A DNA stretch of 50,374 bases, from the NCBI GenBank assembly GCA_004376645.1, contig SOJC01000077.1, positions 1 to 50,374 of the forward strand, read 5' to 3'. This document shows, one piece after another, positions 48,984 to 50,374 of this stretch. Within the stretch, counting starts at the first letter, position 1. Each line of letters opens with the position of its first letter. Under the pieces are notes generated by a model. The model was given only the letters and a program-made list of their open reading frames with translations, was not told the DNA's origin and did not search any database. The stretch is from Candidatus Bathyarchaeota archaeon. GTDB lineage: Archaea > Thermoproteota > Bathyarchaeia > Bathyarchaeales > SOJC01. The translations under genes and the position numbers were made by a program.

Positions 48984-49577
48984 ATGATAGAGCTGCATAT
49001 TCAAGAGTTTGAAGAGTTTTGGTGTGGCACCGCTCTCAGGAATGGCAAGATTTTCGCAACGACATTTGCCGTTGATAAAAGGTATGTACATAAATCTTTG
49101 ATTAAGGAGTTACCTCATCGTTCGGACTATCATATTATACGAGAGGGAAACTCTCTTGGGGAGGAAATTTTGAATGTCGTAGGAAACATGCTCCGAGGAA
49201 AGGATGTTTCCTTCAGTTTTCAGTTCGATATGGCTCGTCTATCGGATTATTCCCAGAAAGTGTTGAAGTTGACCTCGCTTATCCCTACAGGCTACGTGGC
49301 GACTTATGGGGATTTGGCTAAGGTGGCAGGCGGAAGCCCCAGGTCTGTAGGTCGAGTAATGGCGACTAATCCTTTTCCCCCTATAATTCCTTGCCATAGA
49401 GTTGTAGCTGCAGATATGACGCTTGGAGGCTATGGGGGTGGCTTGAAGATAAAATGGCGGATTTTGCGGAAGGAGAATCGCAACTATAAGAAAGTTTTCA
49501 AACTTAAAGCCAATGAAAAATCAATGAAACTATATCCAATCTGCTTACTTAGAGCTAAAGATAATAAGCTTGGATAA
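48984..49577 (+). CDS. ogt: Methylated-DNA-protein-cysteine methyltransferase
   Basis: IPTG...TYGDLA, RSVG, NP...IPCHRVV, GGY. Confidence 0.93.
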   Translation: MIELHIQEFEEFWCGTALRNGKIFATTFAVDKRYVHKSLIKELPHRSDYHIIREGNSLGEEILNVVGNMLRGKDVSFSFQFDMARLSDYSQKVLKLTSLIPTGYVATYGDLAKVAGGSPRSVGRVMATNPFPPIIPCHRVVAADMTLGGYGGGLKIKWRILRKENRNYKKVFKLKANEKSMKLYPICLLRAKDNKLG

Positions 49578-49605
49578 GTACAATCAATTTGAAAGGTAGT
49601 TCTCC

Positions 49606-50130
49606 ATGACTTTGCGAGGTCTTTATGTAGGGCGGTTTCAACCTTTCCACCTAGGTCATCTTCACGCCATAAAGCATATTCTGTCCAACGTTGACGAAGT
49701 GATAATAGTCATTGGCAGCGCTCAATACAGCCATAGATTGGACAATCCTTTCACTGCTGGAGAACGAGTCACGATGATCTGCAAGGCATTAATAGAAGCT
49801 CAAATAACCCCTTCAAAGTATTTAATTATCCCAATTCGAGATTTACATGTTCATATGATGTGGGTAGCAGAAGTAAGAGGGTACACTCCAAGGTTTGAAG
49901 TCGTCTATTCTAACGAGCCTCTAACCTGCCGACTTTTCATGGAAGCTGGTTTCCCAGTTAAATCAATTCCCTTCAGCAAACGCCATCTTCACTTGGCAAC
50001 TGAAGTAAGGGAAAGAATATTAAGAAACGAGAGTTGGACTGAACTCGTACCTAACAGTGTTGCTGATTACATTAGGGAGATTGATGGTGTTGGGAGGATG
50101 CGAGACTTGGCCAAAACTGACAGAGTTTAA
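49606..50130 (+). CDS. nadM: Nicotinamide-nucleotide adenylyltransferase
   Basis: GRFQPFHLGH, IGSAQ, NPFTAGER, ATEVR. Confidence 0.94.
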   Translation: MTLRGLYVGRFQPFHLGHLHAIKHILSNVDEVIIVIGSAQYSHRLDNPFTAGERVTMICKALIEAQITPSKYLIIPIRDLHVHMMWVAEVRGYTPRFEVVYSNEPLTCRLFMEAGFPVKSIPFSKRHLHLATEVRERILRNESWTELVPNSVADYIREIDGVGRMRDLAKTDRV

Positions 50131-50374
50131 CCGTGAGATTGTGATTGGATTCTAATTGGATCACCAACCTTCGCCTTGTAGAGTTTCTCGGCACTACCTT
50201 GGTTTGCATGCATGAACTGCGCCCGTAGGGAAGTATGGTGCACAGATGCCAAAACAAAGGCGCCCATACGGATGTTGAACTTTTCTATCTTATGAGAGAT
50301 GTCAACGATTTCCGCCTTAGGACACAAACTTAGAATAACGGCTTTCATCTCTGCAACATAGGGATCTCGCAATC
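50127..50374 (-). pseudogene. SAM hydroxide adenosyltransferase / chlorinase-fluorinase family (DUF62) remnant; 5' end outside the window
   Basis: LRDPYVAEMKAVI...IVDISH...GAFVLAS; continuation APYFPTGAVH is in another frame; then a jump to the family C-terminus NQGSA...KVGD. Confidence 0.75.

Overview
This is a gene-dense archaeal chromosomal segment. It is most likely TACK, probably Bathyarchaeia; that is inferred from gene content and order, AGGTG/GAGG ribosome-binding sites, frequent TTG/GTG starts and a D-loop tRNA intron. Most of it is core housekeeping: 2-oxoacid:ferredoxin oxidoreductase (alpha, beta, gamma), TldD/TldE plus an M28-type peptidase, an ECF transporter core, ychF-pcc1-pfdB-DHH, riboflavin kinase/FAD synthase/dph5, glmS-pcm, fen, psmA-SBDS-rrp4-rrp41-rrp42-rpl37ae, the mbf1-hflX-trm56-tfe-...-ef1b-cdc48 block, nac, divergent pyrI/pyrB, class III ribonucleotide reductase nrdD, psmB, ogt, nadM and two tRNAs. 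I found no CRISPR array, integrase or transposase. The standout is a paralogue directly upstream of the intact nrdD (45672..47783, probable CTG start). It fuses an ArsR-like winged HTH, an ATP-cone and a class III RNR barrel that has lost both active-site cysteines, the catalytic glutamate and the glycyl-radical loop. It is a candidate pseudoenzyme-derived nucleotide-sensing transcription factor, a possible archaeal analogue of NrdR, and related RTTYAC-N8-GTRAAY palindromes lie upstream of both genes. Features missed or truncated by the ORF track: a 25-aa eL41/eS32 ribosomal protein gene, a probable ATT start for hflX, an intron-containing tRNA-Leu(CAA) and an internally shortened DUF3194-like gene. 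Also notable are a p24/GOLD-like membrane protein, a catalytically dead proteasome beta subunit, a surface protein with two 470-aa repeats and a decayed SAM hydrolase gene. All family calls are from motif recognition by eye, not from database searches.
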